From the NCBI GenBank assembly GCA_963717465.1, contig OY970340.1:2624001-2688000 (forward strand): a stretch of DNA of 64,000 bases, in the 5' to 3' direction. Positions 24,715 through 35,614 of the stretch are shown one piece after another. The translations under genes and the position numbers were made by a program. Each line of letters opens with the position of its first letter. Position 1 is the first letter of the stretch. Under the pieces are notes generated by a model. That model was not told the origin of the DNA and did not search any database. It saw only the letters and a list, made by a program, of their open reading frames with translations. The DNA is from Candidatus Bathyarchaeota archaeon. GTDB taxonomy: Archaea > Thermoproteota > Bathyarchaeia > Bathyarchaeales > Bathycorpusculaceae.

Positions 24715-25234
24715 GTCGCTTCAAGCTTTTCTAACGTGCATCTATTTTTTGGAAACCAGTCAGCCTAAATTGTTCTGCTCCGATGTTTAGTACTTGTGAT
24801 AGTTTTAAACTATCCGCGAATATTAACAAATTGTGTTAATGGACATAACTATTGCCTCTGCAAGGTTTCTTTTGTGTTTCAGGCTCCTCGGAATCTGTTT
24901 GAACCATATTTTTGCCTAAATTCATCTGAGTTTTTGTATGATTGAAGCTATAGCGGTTAATTGTTTAACTTGAGTCTTTTTAATTTTTTTATCTTGTCTG
25001 ATTTGGGCAGATATCCATTTTTAATTAAGGCTTTTCAAGTTCACTTATTCTTTTTTGAAAAAACGGTAATTTAGCTCTTTTGTTCTTGCGCTGTGCAGCG
25101 ATATTGCACGCTTTCCAATTGTTTTAAGCGTTTATTATATTTTCCAGATAAATTATTTTGAGGTAAAGGTTAGCCTTTTTTCAGTTGTTCTAATGGACCT
25201 CTATGCGCAGTCTGTTCAGCGTTTTTGTGGTTTT

Positions 25235-25657
25235 TTAGATGTGGGGGAAGAAGGTTCCTGGAACTACTATACCGAAAAGGGCTCCGAATATTATGCTTAT
25301 TACGACGAAGATTATCCAGGCCAGTATGGCTACTGCGATGGCGCCTAGCCAGCCTGTTCTGAAGCTTGCTTTGTAGACCCATATCCAGGCTAAGAGAGCT
25401 AAGATTAATGCGATTATGTATGCCGTTGAGCCGATTAGGGTTCCCACAAAGTAACCCACAATAATCAATGTAACAGCGTAAACTATTGGACCAAACAGCG
25501 TAGCAATCATGGCTTCGCCAAAGGTGGCTTTTCCGCCGGTTACTGTTTTACCAGCTAACCACACGGGTATTGAGACTATTATCCATAGAATAATCAAGCC
25601 AATTATGGTTAAAAGTACACTTGTTAAACTCATATTTCCAATAATCAGATTGCTCAA
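25235..25657 (-). CDS. small multi-pass membrane protein
   Basis: Four hydrophobic helices; dyad promoter at 25698-25731. Confidence 0.8.
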   Translation of the reverse strand: MSNLIIGNMSLTSVLLTIIGLIILWIIVSIPVWLAGKTVTGGKATFGEAMIATLFGPIVYAVTLIIVGYFVGTLIGSTAYIIALILALLAWIWVYKASFRTGWLGAIAVAILAWIIFVVISIIFGALFGIVVPGTFFPHI

Positions 25658-25910
25658 AAGCTACACCTGTTAAGTTACATAGGCGTACAAGATAATTATT
25701 AAACTTGTGTAGCTGTAGCCTTCCAGCAACAGAGCGGTTGCTATATTTTCGGAACAGGAGCCGGGCCAAGTAGCCTTCAAATATGCTATCGTAAAACTTA
25801 GGTTCTGACTCATAACCCAAATGGTCATTATTTGATTGAAAAAATCCGATTTTTAGATTAAACTGACATGTTTAAATATAAACCTGCGCAATCAGTTTGC
25901 TGATGCCAAA

Positions 25911-26510
25911 ATGTCCATTTCGAATGAATGGTGTGTAGCAGTTTTCAAATGCAGACCTAACTATGTGAAAAAGGTTCTTGTTGAAGTTTATAAGTTTGCT
26001 GATGTCCTGAAGGGTGTGCGAAGTCTACATTTCATGGCAAGAGATAGAATTGAAGATGAAGTTGTTTTCAGTTTCAGAGTAATGGTTGAACCAAAATTCA
26101 AAGAAATAGTCAAAAATAATCTGTCTTGCAAACTGGGTACATTACTATCCGAAGACAAGTATGTCATTGACCCAGCTGAAGGAAATTGTCTTGAGAAGTA
26201 TGTTGCTTGGCTACCTGAAAAGCGTATTGCAGATTTTGGACAAATCAAGTTTAGCCGATTCATTGATCTTCTCAAAAATGTGAGCACCATTGTTGTTAAT
26301 TTAATTGAGAATGACTACTTCGCTTCAAATGAGAGAGTTGAACTAGCACACGTCATTTCTTGGATGCTTGGATGCACAGAATATGGGTTGCTTAGTACCT
26401 TAGGAATGGAAGTTGGGTATTATGATCGTTTGGAAGATAAGTATTGTTCGTATTTAAGAGAAGACTTCCTAAAATCAAGTGACCAAAAGAAAACAGAAGG
26501 TATGCCCTGA
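25911..26510 (+). CDS. hypothetical protein
   Basis: 199-aa ORF with upstream TATA-like box. Confidence 0.75.
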   Translation: MSISNEWCVAVFKCRPNYVKKVLVEVYKFADVLKGVRSLHFMARDRIEDEVVFSFRVMVEPKFKEIVKNNLSCKLGTLLSEDKYVIDPAEGNCLEKYVAWLPEKRIADFGQIKFSRFIDLLKNVSTIVVNLIENDYFASNERVELAHVISWMLGCTEYGLLSTLGMEVGYYDRLEDKYCSYLREDFLKSSDQKKTEGMP

Positions 26511-26809
26511 GACAAGTTTATTCTTTTCTTAAAGCGTAGAAAACAGTTATTAATTTTCTAATTTTCTAATTTCTAAGCACAGTAAAGCAAACAAGCCACT
26601 ATAGCAAAAGCGAAATTCAAGAAATCAAGCCTTTCAGCCTAAACGCTCTTCCCGCCCATTGGCTTTTGAACATAAACAAATGATTAAAGATTATCTGAAA
26701 CTGGTAAAGAAAAAAGCAACCAGCAAAAATTCATGAGAACCAGCCGGTCCTGACTAGCCGATTATATGAACAATTCTAAGAGTTTTGAGAAGCGGGGATT
26801 TTGTTCTTT

Positions 26810-26956
26810 TTATACTTCTTTCTTGAGGCCTTTCTTTATTCCTTTCCCAAAGTCACTTAAAGCTTTAGCACCTTTCTTGACGCTGTTGCCGATTGCTTCT
26901 CCAGTTTTTTCGAAATCATTTTCAACTTTTTTCTTCTCTTCCGACATTTCTTTCAT
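26810..26956 (-). CDS. small hydrophilic stress-protein-like peptide
   Basis: K/E/G-rich amphipathic ORF just downstream of dyad promoter 26984-27017. Confidence 0.65.
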   Translation of the reverse strand: MKEMSEEKKKVENDFEKTGEAIGNSVKKGAKALSDFGKGIKKGLKKEV

Positions 26957-27227
26957 CTCTATCGCTAAGTCGTCATTTACAAACTTAAACGTGTGTGACT
27001 GTGAAGTCACAGCAACCGCTGTGTATTAACGAAGGTTTTGCTTTGAATGTTCATTTATAAGGGAACTTGAAGTCTACATAACTATACAGTTCAACCAGTT
27101 CTCGTTGCGATTGAAGCTTTTAAACTCATATTATCGATTATGTAAAATTTCGGTCAGAGAATTTATTAAATATTCTCGGTCCCGTATGCTTAGCTTGCAA
27201 GGTAGCTCGCTAACGCACACTGATCCA

Positions 27228-28160
27228 TTAAACTGCATATGGATCACCGCCATTTCTCATTTTCGTAGCTGACTTTGAAGAATAGATTTTAAGCACAACG
27301 AAGGCAATTACAAATATTAACAAGGTTCCTGCCGCCAGATAGAGAAGATTGTTAGCAAATTGGATATCTAAACTCGGGTTGAGGTAGATTCCAAGCCCAA
27401 CCCCAAAGGCAATTAAGGATAGCGAGAGAGAGAAGGATATCTTATACAGCATCGGCGGTTTCCGAGAAGCTCTTTTCGCTTCTATATGCCTCTTTATTTC
27501 ACCTAAGCCCAAAACTAGAGAAATACCTAAAGCACCGATAGAAAAAGGACCAATAAAGTTGAAGCTAAGTGGGGGTTGATAAAAATCGATAAATGTTCTA
27601 ACCCCAAACACAGACAGAAGAGACAAAAACAGGATAAGTACAGTTGAACCGACAAAAATTCCCATGTCCAGGATACCGCCAGAATTGAATGGACCATATA
27701 TCCTTCTCCAAGGCCTTAGAGTATAATCTTTCATATCCTCAGCGGTTTTTCTGGTGAGTTCAACTGGGTCGTTTTGATACATATATACATTGGTTTTAAC
27801 ATCTGGTGTAATTTTTTTGCCCTCGTGATCATACTTAGCTTTCTTCACTAGCCTTGAGAAAGGATAAAGCCACTCCACCCCACGATCTTTCGCTGTGTTG
27901 ATGCTATCAAGAAGAGTATGACAGAAAGCACCTAATGCAAGGTAAGGATTAAACAGATAAAGGATCCCGATGAAAAAGAAATTGTGGTATAACGCCCGAT
28001 GGAACTGGTGGTCGCGGAAGTAGTTTTTGCTGAAGAAACCATATTCCCTGTCCAAATCAGGGAGGACTGAACCGATGGCAACTAGCAAAACGATGTCCCA
28101 CCTTCCAAAGAAAAGAGCTCCGATTAATGCACCAAACACTATATGTGTAGTAAGATTCAT
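27228..28160 (-). CDS. membrane metal-dependent hydrolase (YdjM-like)
   Basis: TH, LPDLD, HRALYH, HTLLD motifs. Confidence 0.85.
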   Translation of the reverse strand: MNLTTHIVFGALIGALFFGRWDIVLLVAIGSVLPDLDREYGFFSKNYFRDHQFHRALYHNFFFIGILYLFNPYLALGAFCHTLLDSINTAKDRGVEWLYPFSRLVKKAKYDHEGKKITPDVKTNVYMYQNDPVELTRKTAEDMKDYTLRPWRRIYGPFNSGGILDMGIFVGSTVLILFLSLLSVFGVRTFIDFYQPPLSFNFIGPFSIGALGISLVLGLGEIKRHIEAKRASRKPPMLYKISFSLSLSLIAFGVGLGIYLNPSLDIQFANNLLYLAAGTLLIFVIAFVVLKIYSSKSATKMRNGGDPYAV

Positions 28161-28258
28161 GTTAGTTTGCCTACTCTCTTTTCGTTAAGGAACTTGATTT
28201 GAAAAACTTTCCACAGACGTTTTAATATACCAAATTTTATTTTATCTCCTCTCCCAAG

Positions 28259-28888
28259 CTACTCCGAAGAGCAGTTTCCCGCAGCATTCTTTTCAGGATA
28301 GTGACACATGACTTGCCTCAGCTTCTTCTCGCCTAATCGCGCTATATAGCAAATTGGAAGTTCCCGAATTGAGGCGCCACATCGTTTTACATGATGGTTC
28401 AGTTCGACTTCAACGTCAAAGCCTTTGGATTTCACAATCCAACCGCGCAGAGCGTCAGTGCGGATTATCCGTAATCCTATTAAGGGGTCCTGAAGGGTTA
28501 TGCCGTTGAGCATTTTATGTGCAAAAGCCAATAGTCTATTTCCAATATTGAACACGCTATGCAATGCTTCCCCGTCAATGTGCCCGTTTAATCTGTTACC
28601 GCAAACCATTCCAACAAGCGGGTTTTCCTCCATTATTTTGATCATGTCGGGAACGTATTAGCGGGGTGAGTGTAATCGACATTAGTGAGAATGATGTATT
28701 CTGCGTTTAAATCTGCCTGCATGATCAAGCGCTTTAGCTAAAGGGCACCTTCACCGTTGCCGGCTTGGCAAACAACTTTTGCGCCCAAGTCCTTAGCTAT
28801 CTCAACAGTTCTATCTGTGCTTTTGCCGTTAACCACAAGAACCGAGACATCCCCCAAAGTATCTTTCATATCAGCTATTGTAAGCCCG
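28259..28888 (-). pseudogene. degraded GT2 (DPM1-like) glycosyltransferase
   Basis: STDRTVEIA, GNRL, GFDVEVE motifs with internal stops and shifts; 5' end missing. Confidence 0.75.
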
Positions 28889-28891
28889 TGA

Positions 28892-29299
28892 TTATTTAGT
28901 AGCACTCACAGCATTAGGTGTGTTGAGGACACTAGCATATCCGGTTGAAAGCGGTGTTTGGAATTTGCTAATGTTCTCTCTGATAATTCCATAGGCTTTT
29001 TCCGCTTCAGCGTTAGGCAAGTCGCCCAAGGCTAGCGGTTCTCCACCGAGTCTGAGCGTGCATTTTATGGTTGATCGCAGTATTCCCTTGTCTAACACCA
29101 CGTTAGCTATGTCCCTGTAATTGTAATCGGTGTAGTCTTTCTTCAGACCAAGCGCGTGAGGATGCCGCAGAATCATACGTTCATTCGTAAAGACTGCGGA
29201 GTCAATATTAATTTGAGGATGGTAGATTTTTTGTTTAATGTATAACTCGATCTTCTCGTTTGGACCAAGTATGTTCGTTATATCGTCAGGAGTAGCCAT
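28892..29299 (-). CDS. bacterial-type PH domain protein
   Basis: FTNERMI...DYNYRDI...DKG pattern. Confidence 0.8.
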   Translation of the reverse strand: MATPDDITNILGPNEKIELYIKQKIYHPQINIDSAVFTNERMILRHPHALGLKKDYTDYNYRDIANVVLDKGILRSTIKCTLRLGGEPLALGDLPNAEAEKAYGIIRENISKFQTPLSTGYASVLNTPNAVSATK

Positions 29300-29477
29300 T
29301 ATTATCAACCAATTTATATGTTGCCTGCTTGGCTAAATAGCTGTGTGACTGCGAGGCTACATCTACAAGGATTGTGATTATTTCATTGACTCTTCAAAAC
29401 GCGTCCAATATTCTGCGAGATTCACATGCTGTCCACCTGAACTTAATAAAATGTGGGGATTCTTTAGCCCGTTCAGG

Positions 29478-29789
29478 CTATGCTTTTTTGAGTAGCACTG
29501 TAATGAGTCCAAGTATTCCACCAAGTGCAACAAGCAATCCGCCAAGTCCACCGCCAATAATTCCAACTATTATGAGTACGATGGCCCAAACTAGAGTACT
29601 TGAGCTTTTTGCACCGATGATTGCTATCACACCGCAAATGATCGTAACGATACCGCCATAAGCATATCCCCAATAGAGGAAGGGCCCAAAAGAAGATCCG
29701 ATGAGTCCTATTACCCCAAAGATCACCATTAGTATTCCGCCTATAAGTACTAAGATATAAGCTATACGCGAAACAGGAATTTCAGACAT
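29478..29789 (-). CDS. small Gly-rich membrane protein
   Basis: Hydrophobic ORF; GGGGGTGA RBS before MSEIP. Confidence 0.75.
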   Translation of the reverse strand: MSEIPVSRIAYILVLIGGILMVIFGVIGLIGSSFGPFLYWGYAYGGIVTIICGVIAIIGAKSSSTLVWAIVLIIVGIIGGGLGGLLVALGGILGLITVLLKKA

Positions 29790-30211
29790 ATTCTGATTCA
29801 CCCCCCTATTCTTTGGTTGTAAGGTATGATCTAACCCCAAAATCATTGTTTTTATTCCCTGCATAGAATCTTCATTTGCAGATTTAGGTGTATGTAGCTG
29901 GGATGCTACAGCTACATTCTGGCGTCTGCCTGCTTACTCTTATTTCTCAACGTATTCTAAATTGTGTTGATTCGAATTTACTTGTTACTTATTAGTCAGA
30001 AAGGGTCAACCTTTGATAGAGAACTATCCTTGTAGTCGAGTTTGCAATCATTCATCAGTACATGAGTCTATTCTGCCATTAATAATACAGGGGAATTTGC
30101 GTCAACTGAGATAATGAATAAATGGTTAGACCGTTTTTGCCTTTAAAGAGGTCTTTAATTGAACCAAAATCTGAGTTGGTTGGACTAAAATTAAATAAAA
30201 AGGGCGCGTAG

Positions 30212-30370
30212 TTATTTCCACAGCTTTTTGCCGGTGAACAGCCAAACAACAACAAGGACTACCGCGATTACAAGCAGTATATTTATCAAAAAGCCTACAC
30301 CAGGCAAAGCAAATAACCCAACCAACCAAAGTAACACAATAATAAGGGCAATCGTCAATAACGTATTCAT
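30212..30370 (-). CDS. two-TM micro-protein (lmo0937/DUF5670-like)
   Basis: IALIIVLLWLVG...INILLVIAVV. Confidence 0.65.
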   Translation of the reverse strand: MNTLLTIALIIVLLWLVGLFALPGVGFLINILLVIAVVLVVVWLFTGKKLWK

Positions 30371-30383
30371 AGTAAACGCCCTA

Positions 30384-30683
30384 CTAAGCCTCAACTGCTA
30401 AAACTACTGGTCTTAGGTACATGTGAAGTTGATCTTTTGATACTTTTAAGTGTAGTCCCTTGTCTGTCCAACGTGCTACTCCTTTCTCTAGGGCTGAAAT
30501 GGCCAACATGTTTCGTACTCCACCTTTTTTTGCGCCAAGTACATATTCAGCTATATTTTTTTCCAATTCGATTTCAAGGTGATTTATTTTCCATTCGTCC
30601 GGATCCATTTCTATCTCTTTGATTTTGCCGATTTTCTCGTCTAATGCAAACACATCTTTATCAATAAACTCTTTACTTTTCAT
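30384..30683 (-). CDS. PRC-barrel domain protein
   Basis: KDVF...KIGKIKEIEMD..WKI; GGAGG RBS; paralog 32981-33292. Confidence 0.8.
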   Translation of the reverse strand: MKSKEFIDKDVFALDEKIGKIKEIEMDPDEWKINHLEIELEKNIAEYVLGAKKGGVRNMLAISALEKGVARWTDKGLHLKVSKDQLHMYLRPVVLAVEA

Positions 30684-30704
30684 ATAATATCCCTCCTTTC
30701 TGCA

Positions 30705-31002
30705 TTCATAATTTGAGCTACCTTATAAGTGGTCATTAGCAGAGTTAAGCACATGTGAATGTAAGCCCACACCGACATTCTAATCCTTGTACCTGCACTA
30801 ATCAATTCAATTGCTAAAGAATTTGAAACTCGAAACAAGAAAAATGAAAGTTAATCTTCAGCTTTTTTCCAGTCAGATTCAAAACCTGTCCTTAATACAC
30901 CTATAAGGTTACGGTTGTTTGTCCACAAAGAAGGACTTTCGCCAAGTCCGCTTTCTTTAGAAGTGGTAATCAACGCTTCTTTATCATCAGACATTATAAA
31001 GT
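30705..31002. repeat. 298-bp exact direct repeat, copy 1
   Basis: Appears identical to 33317-33614. Confidence 0.9.
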
Positions 31003-31642
31003 GATTTAAAGCTTCACGATGAAACCTGATTTGAACCGAAGCGACACCAACGAGTTTTTTCACTTTTTCTTTGACCGAATCATCAGGAATGTCCCCTTCG
31101 AAAAGGAGTCGAACTTGAGTACCTTTCTTTATTGCAGTTTTGTATTCATCCGAAAACTGAGCCAAAACGGGTATAATTCTTATCTTGTCTGCAATCATCG
31201 CGAATTCTTTTGTTGAGTTTTTGATCAATTCTGAAGTCTTTGCCAAAATTGCTTTCTTTTCCGCTATCAATATGTAAATGCTTTCTTCTCCAAGAGGCGG
31301 TTGCTTCCAATCTTTGAGGGATAGCTTCTGAACCATGCTCTGCATACTCATCAACCGTTCTTCGGATCTATTTTTTTCTTCTGCCACTAGTGAAGTTAAG
31401 GAATCTGAAATAATAGTGGCACGGATCTCTGTTGGTTTGCCCAGCAATCTTTCAACCAATCCCATTTTTTCGAGTGCTGGCAGAAGTCTATAGACGTCTT
31501 CCCTGCGCACTTTTGAAAACTTCGCTACCTGACCCACAGTAGTTTTTTCCAGTTTAAGTATCGCCACATAAACCTTTGCCTGATTAAGAGTCAAACCCAA
31601 ACCAAGCAGGAGATCCGTGTTCTCGTCGTTAGACATTATCAA
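30851..31642 (-). CDS. TrmB family transcriptional regulator
   Basis: LGLTLNQAKVY...VY..L..LEKMGLV wHTH plus effector domain. Confidence 0.9.
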   Translation of the reverse strand: MIMSNDENTDLLLGLGLTLNQAKVYVAILKLEKTTVGQVAKFSKVRREDVYRLLPALEKMGLVERLLGKPTEIRATIISDSLTSLVAEEKNRSEERLMSMQSMVQKLSLKDWKQPPLGEESIYILIAEKKAILAKTSELIKNSTKEFAMIADKIRIIPVLAQFSDEYKTAIKKGTQVRLLFEGDIPDDSVKEKVKKLVGVASVQIRFHREALNHFIMSDDKEALITTSKESGLGESPSLWTNNRNLIGVLRTGFESDWKKAED

Positions 31643-31804
31643 CTCCCTATTTATTTTTTGTACAATTTATTTTTAAAGGTTTAGGTTTTTTTTCGGAAAA
31701 TATGTATAACTATTTTGCTTTTAGATAGCTGTTTGTTCTGCTTTCAAAGGTTTTCCGCTCGTGCTCCAAAGTGCAAAAATTCCCTGATGAAGCAAGCGTA
31801 CGCA

Positions 31805-32026
31805 GGGCTAGCTTTTCCTTTTGAACCTTAAAAATTGGCAACTATGAGCTGTCGTATTTGAACGATTTGGGTGTGGGACCTAGCGGTCCAAAAAAAGGAA
31901 CATGTGTTTGATACATATATCCAAGTTTTATTATCGAATGCAATTTTCTTACCTCGTGATCATACTTAGCTTTTGTCAATAGCCTTGAGAAAGGATAAAG
32001 TCACTCCACCCCGAGATCTTTTGCTG
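31805..32026 (-). pseudogene. fragment of a paralog of the 27228-28160 hydrolase
   Basis: 31951-32026 closely matches 27820-27897; left limit approximate. Confidence 0.65.
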
Positions 32027-32092
32027 TTACAGTTGCTCAACAGTCACACATGCTTAATTGCTGCCCAACCGATCAATACCTTGTGGACTAGG

Positions 32093-32329
32093 ATGGCGTT
32101 TAGTGGTAGATTAGGAGTTGTGTCTCAGATTATCCGTTTCTGCGAGACATCAAAAGATAAAGGCAGAATTGGGAACAGGTTAGGTTTGAATGATGCACAA
32201 GCAGAAGCCTACTTGACAATTCTCACGCAACAAAGCATGATTATGCAAAACAACGGCAAATATGTCAGCACAACGAAAGGACAAGGTTACCTCTCATCCT
32301 ACGACAGACTTAGAAAAATCGTGTTCTAA
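32093..32329 (+). CDS. small winged-helix DNA-binding protein
   Basis: Close paralog of 8666-8902, including its promoter. Confidence 0.8.
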   Translation: MAFSGRLGVVSQIIRFCETSKDKGRIGNRLGLNDAQAEAYLTILTQQSMIMQNNGKYVSTTKGQGYLSSYDRLRKIVF

Positions 32330-32374
32330 ATGTTGGATGGATTAAAATCAGTTTAAACTTTCAAGGGGTGAATA

Positions 32375-32707
32375 TTGAAAATGATTTTTGCATTGGACAT
32401 ATTCAGCGATTTATTTGGCGCGATCATAGCAGGCTTACCAGCAATCGCCATAATGGCAATCCCATTCATCATAGGATTAATTGGGGGCTTCCTCATCAAG
32501 AAATCCCTGAAATGGGGCATCGTCATAGGCATAATCGTGGTAATCGCCGCTTTCTTTGGCTTCTTTGGCTTGAGCCTTGGCTCATTAGCAGGTTTGGCAG
32601 CAACATATAGTCCCATAATCTATACGTACGGCATTCTACTATTAGGCGTATTACCATTGGGATTAGGCTTCATAGTCGGCTTGATTCTTGGCTTCATATT
32701 CGGGTAA
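32375..32707 (+). CDS. small multi-pass membrane protein
   Basis: Hydrophobic ORF; GGGGTGA RBS. Confidence 0.75.
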   Translation: MKMIFALDIFSDLFGAIIAGLPAIAIMAIPFIIGLIGGFLIKKSLKWGIVIGIIVVIAAFFGFFGLSLGSLAGLAATYSPIIYTYGILLLGVLPLGLGFIVGLILGFIFG

Positions 32708-32980
32708 TGGTGCAAGCGAAAATAAGCGTAAATCACCAATTAATTATTTTAGAAAAAATTCTCTAACCATAGTATAAGCAATAAAAAAACTTTGCACTTG
32801 TCGAGCGAATGATTTTCTATTTCACAGCAAGAAAGTAGGTTTTCAGGTTAATCCTCAGCTTCTTAAAGAACTTGGCCCTCACAAATTTAGGTGGAAACGA
32901 GTTAGTCGAATTATTTGGTCTTTAAAAATGAAAAAAAATAAAATGCGGATTAGGTGAGAATGTTGGAAAGGAAAACCTAA

Positions 32981-33292
32981 CTAACTCTCAACTACTGGTT
33001 TCAGGTACATGTGAAGCTGATCTTTTCTAATTTGCAAGAGCAACCCTTTGTCTGTTCTGCGTACAGCTCCTTTCTCAAGGGCTGAAATCTCCAACATGTT
33101 CCGTACTCCGTGTTTCTTTGCGCCCAGCACAGATTCAGCTATATCCTTTTCCAATTCGATTTCAAGATGAGTTACTTTCCAATCATCCAGATCTATTTCA
33201 ATGTCTTTAACTTTGCCAATTTTCTCATCTACCGCAAACACGTCTTTATCCATTAACTCTTTACTTTTTGCGGTCGTTTTCAAACTAATCAT
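32981..33292 (-). CDS. PRC-barrel domain protein
   Basis: Paralog of 30384-30683. Confidence 0.8.
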   Translation of the reverse strand: MISLKTTAKSKELMDKDVFAVDEKIGKVKDIEIDLDDWKVTHLEIELEKDIAESVLGAKKHGVRNMLEISALEKGAVRRTDKGLLLQIRKDQLHMYLKPVVES

Positions 33293-33316
33293 ACTTATCT
33301 ATCCCTCCTTTCTACG

Positions 33317-33614
33317 TTCATAATTTGAGCTACCTTATAAGTGGTCATTAGCAGAGTTAAGCACATGTGAATGTAAGCCCACACCGACATTCTAATCCTT
33401 GTACCTGCACTAATCAATTCAATTGCTAAAGAATTTGAAACTCGAAACAAGAAAAATGAAAGTTAATCTTCAGCTTTTTTCCAGTCAGATTCAAAACCTG
33501 TCCTTAATACACCTATAAGGTTACGGTTGTTTGTCCACAAAGAAGGACTTTCGCCAAGTCCGCTTTCTTTAGAAGTGGTAATCAACGCTTCTTTATCATC
33601 AGACATTATAAAGT
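33317..33614. repeat. 298-bp exact direct repeat, copy 2 (promoter plus orphan trmB 3' end)
   Basis: Appears identical to 30705-31002. Confidence 0.9.
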
Positions 33615-34532
33615 AGTGCGAGCGAAAAGGGTGAACATTTTCAGGAGGCTCGAAACGCCGTCAAAGTATCCTATTTTGGAAACGCCGTGATTTCGGTAGG
33701 AATATGGAATTGGAACCTCAATAAATCTTTGATCGCTGCCATTTAAACCCAAACAAGTTAATTCTATCTCAACAGCAAAACCGTTTTCTTTTAACACAAC
33801 ACGATCAAGAACTGCCCGTCTAAATGCCTTCTGCCCCGTCATAATATCTGTAATCTGTGCCTTATACATGAGCCTTGCAGCTAAGGATAATAAAAGATTT
33901 CCGACAAAATGGGAAAAGCTCATCCCTTCAGGCCTATTCTTAAACCTATAACCATAAACAACATCCATTTTTCCATTAGATATTGGCTTCACCAAAGATG
34001 GAAGACAATCCGGCAAATACTCTAAATCAGCATCCTGAATCACAAGAACCCTTCCGTGGGAATTTTCGATACCAGTACGCACAGCTGCGCCTTTACCCAA
34101 GTTACGTTCATGACGAATATACTTTACCCAAGGAAACGCTGCTACTTTTTCGCCAGTACGGTCAGTTGAACCGTCATCAACAACTATAACTTCCACCTTA
34201 CCCAAAGACTTACTTACTTTGAATACTCTTTGTAAGACTTCACTTATGGTTTCTTCTTCATGGTATGCAGGTATAATGACGCTGACATCAGGGATTGTCG
34301 ATTGCTTATGCAAAGAGTCTAAGTCTAGACTAGTGGGAACAAAAGAATCATTTTTTTGCTCACAAAAATCATTAACTGCTTTGTTGCTAATTGTTTTTTC
34401 GCCTATTACTAATCCCTGCTGATTGCCGAAATTGGCGTTATACTCAGCACTGGTAAGAATATCTTCTTCCTCTTTAAACGCTGCTTTGATAACTTGCGCC
34501 GAAGAAATATCGTGTTTTTCGTCATTTTCCAT
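33606..34532 (-). CDS. GT2 glycosyltransferase (DPM1-like)
   Basis: VIIPAYHEE, VDDGSTD, GKGAA, QDADLEY. Confidence 0.9.
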   Translation of the reverse strand: MENDEKHDISSAQVIKAAFKEEEDILTSAEYNANFGNQQGLVIGEKTISNKAVNDFCEQKNDSFVPTSLDLDSLHKQSTIPDVSVIIPAYHEEETISEVLQRVFKVSKSLGKVEVIVVDDGSTDRTGEKVAAFPWVKYIRHERNLGKGAAVRTGIENSHGRVLVIQDADLEYLPDCLPSLVKPISNGKMDVVYGYRFKNRPEGMSFSHFVGNLLLSLAARLMYKAQITDIMTGQKAFRRAVLDRVVLKENGFAVEIELTCLGLNGSDQRFIEVPIPYSYRNHGVSKIGYFDGVSSLLKMFTLFARTTL

Positions 34533-35062
34533 TTTTGATCAATTCCTTTAACATTTAAATCGGCTATTTCAACTCTTATTAAAAGCGGTACGGGAAAAAT
34601 TGGCTCCACTCCAACCCGCTTAGCCTTAACCCTATAGTCCAATTCAAGCCATTAATAGGTATGTGAATGTGAGTTAACATCTACAGCCCAAGCCCAACTT
34701 ATCACTTTCAGAAACAAACGCCGATCTTTGAGGTTACGCCGGTTCCATAGAAAAGCTCGGAACAAATCCAGTGACTAAAAGATGCCTGTATTGAGAAAAG
34801 ACCCGCGTCATTATAAACTGAATTTTCCCTTGCAGGGTAACTACCAAGTATCGGTAAGCACCCTGAATTAAAAAGATTGAATCGAGCTAGAGTTTTCACC
34901 ATAAATCGTCTTTTTTAATCGCTGGTTCAGTGTACACATATCACATAAGGTTAAGGGTATACTATGGTGTGTATACTGAACCGAGTAAGCACTTACCATT
35001 TTTAGAACCAGCAACCTGTTTCAAAAAACCTAATTTTTTCTTATTTTATGGTTGGCGCGCAT

Positions 35063-35524
35063 GCTTGTTCCTAAAAATGGCTAAAAATGGTTTTAAGTCA
35101 GTTTATTCATCAGTTAAACTATGGATGTATTTGATGAACGTATCTTGTCCGTTTTGAAGGATGAAAAACCAAGACTCTTCATTCAGCTCCTAAAAGAAGC
35201 TGGGTTTTCCCATAACACATTAAAACTGCATCTTAAGAAACTGCTAAGCGGAGGGCTTGTGATGCGAGAGAAAACTGCCTCTGAAGGTCTTGGAAGACCA
35301 AGTTACGTTTATACGGTCTCGCCTAAAGCAAAGAAGCCGGTTTCCGCTGCCCTGGCAGACCCCTCGATTGAACTCGTACACTTACCATTCAGCCGGCTTA
35401 AGCTGCAGGTTCGAGAAGGGTGGATTCTGCAAAGAGACCAGAACTAGTCGCAGCCCGCGAACTTGCCCACAAATACCCAAAGTCGGCTAATAAAAACCAT
35501 TTTTGACCAAATTTCGGAACAACC
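35063..35524 (+). mobile_element. ~460-bp element bounded by 32-bp imperfect inverted repeats, carrying one wHTH gene
   Basis: Left GCTTGTTCCTAAAAATGGCTAAAAATGGTTTT; right AAAACCATTTTTGACCAAATTTCGGAACAACC; second copy at 60617-60898. Confidence 0.7.
35121..35490 (+). CDS. wHTH protein with Cys-containing tail (frameshift ~35402)
   Basis: FSHNTLKLHL...GRPSYVY; CRFEKGGFCKE...CPQI in the shifted frame. Confidence 0.7.
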
Positions 35525-35614
35525 ACGCACGCTAGAATTACGTTTTTTCGGGCATCCTGCCAATACTTGTTTCAGGTAAATCTTTTCCGCTTGTATGTGT
35601 GCGCAGAAAGGTTT

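Noticed and set aside
31973..32092. N-terminal extension of ORF 31973-32329
   Set aside because: Runs through a pseudogene fragment and the promoter; the paralog fixes the start at 32093
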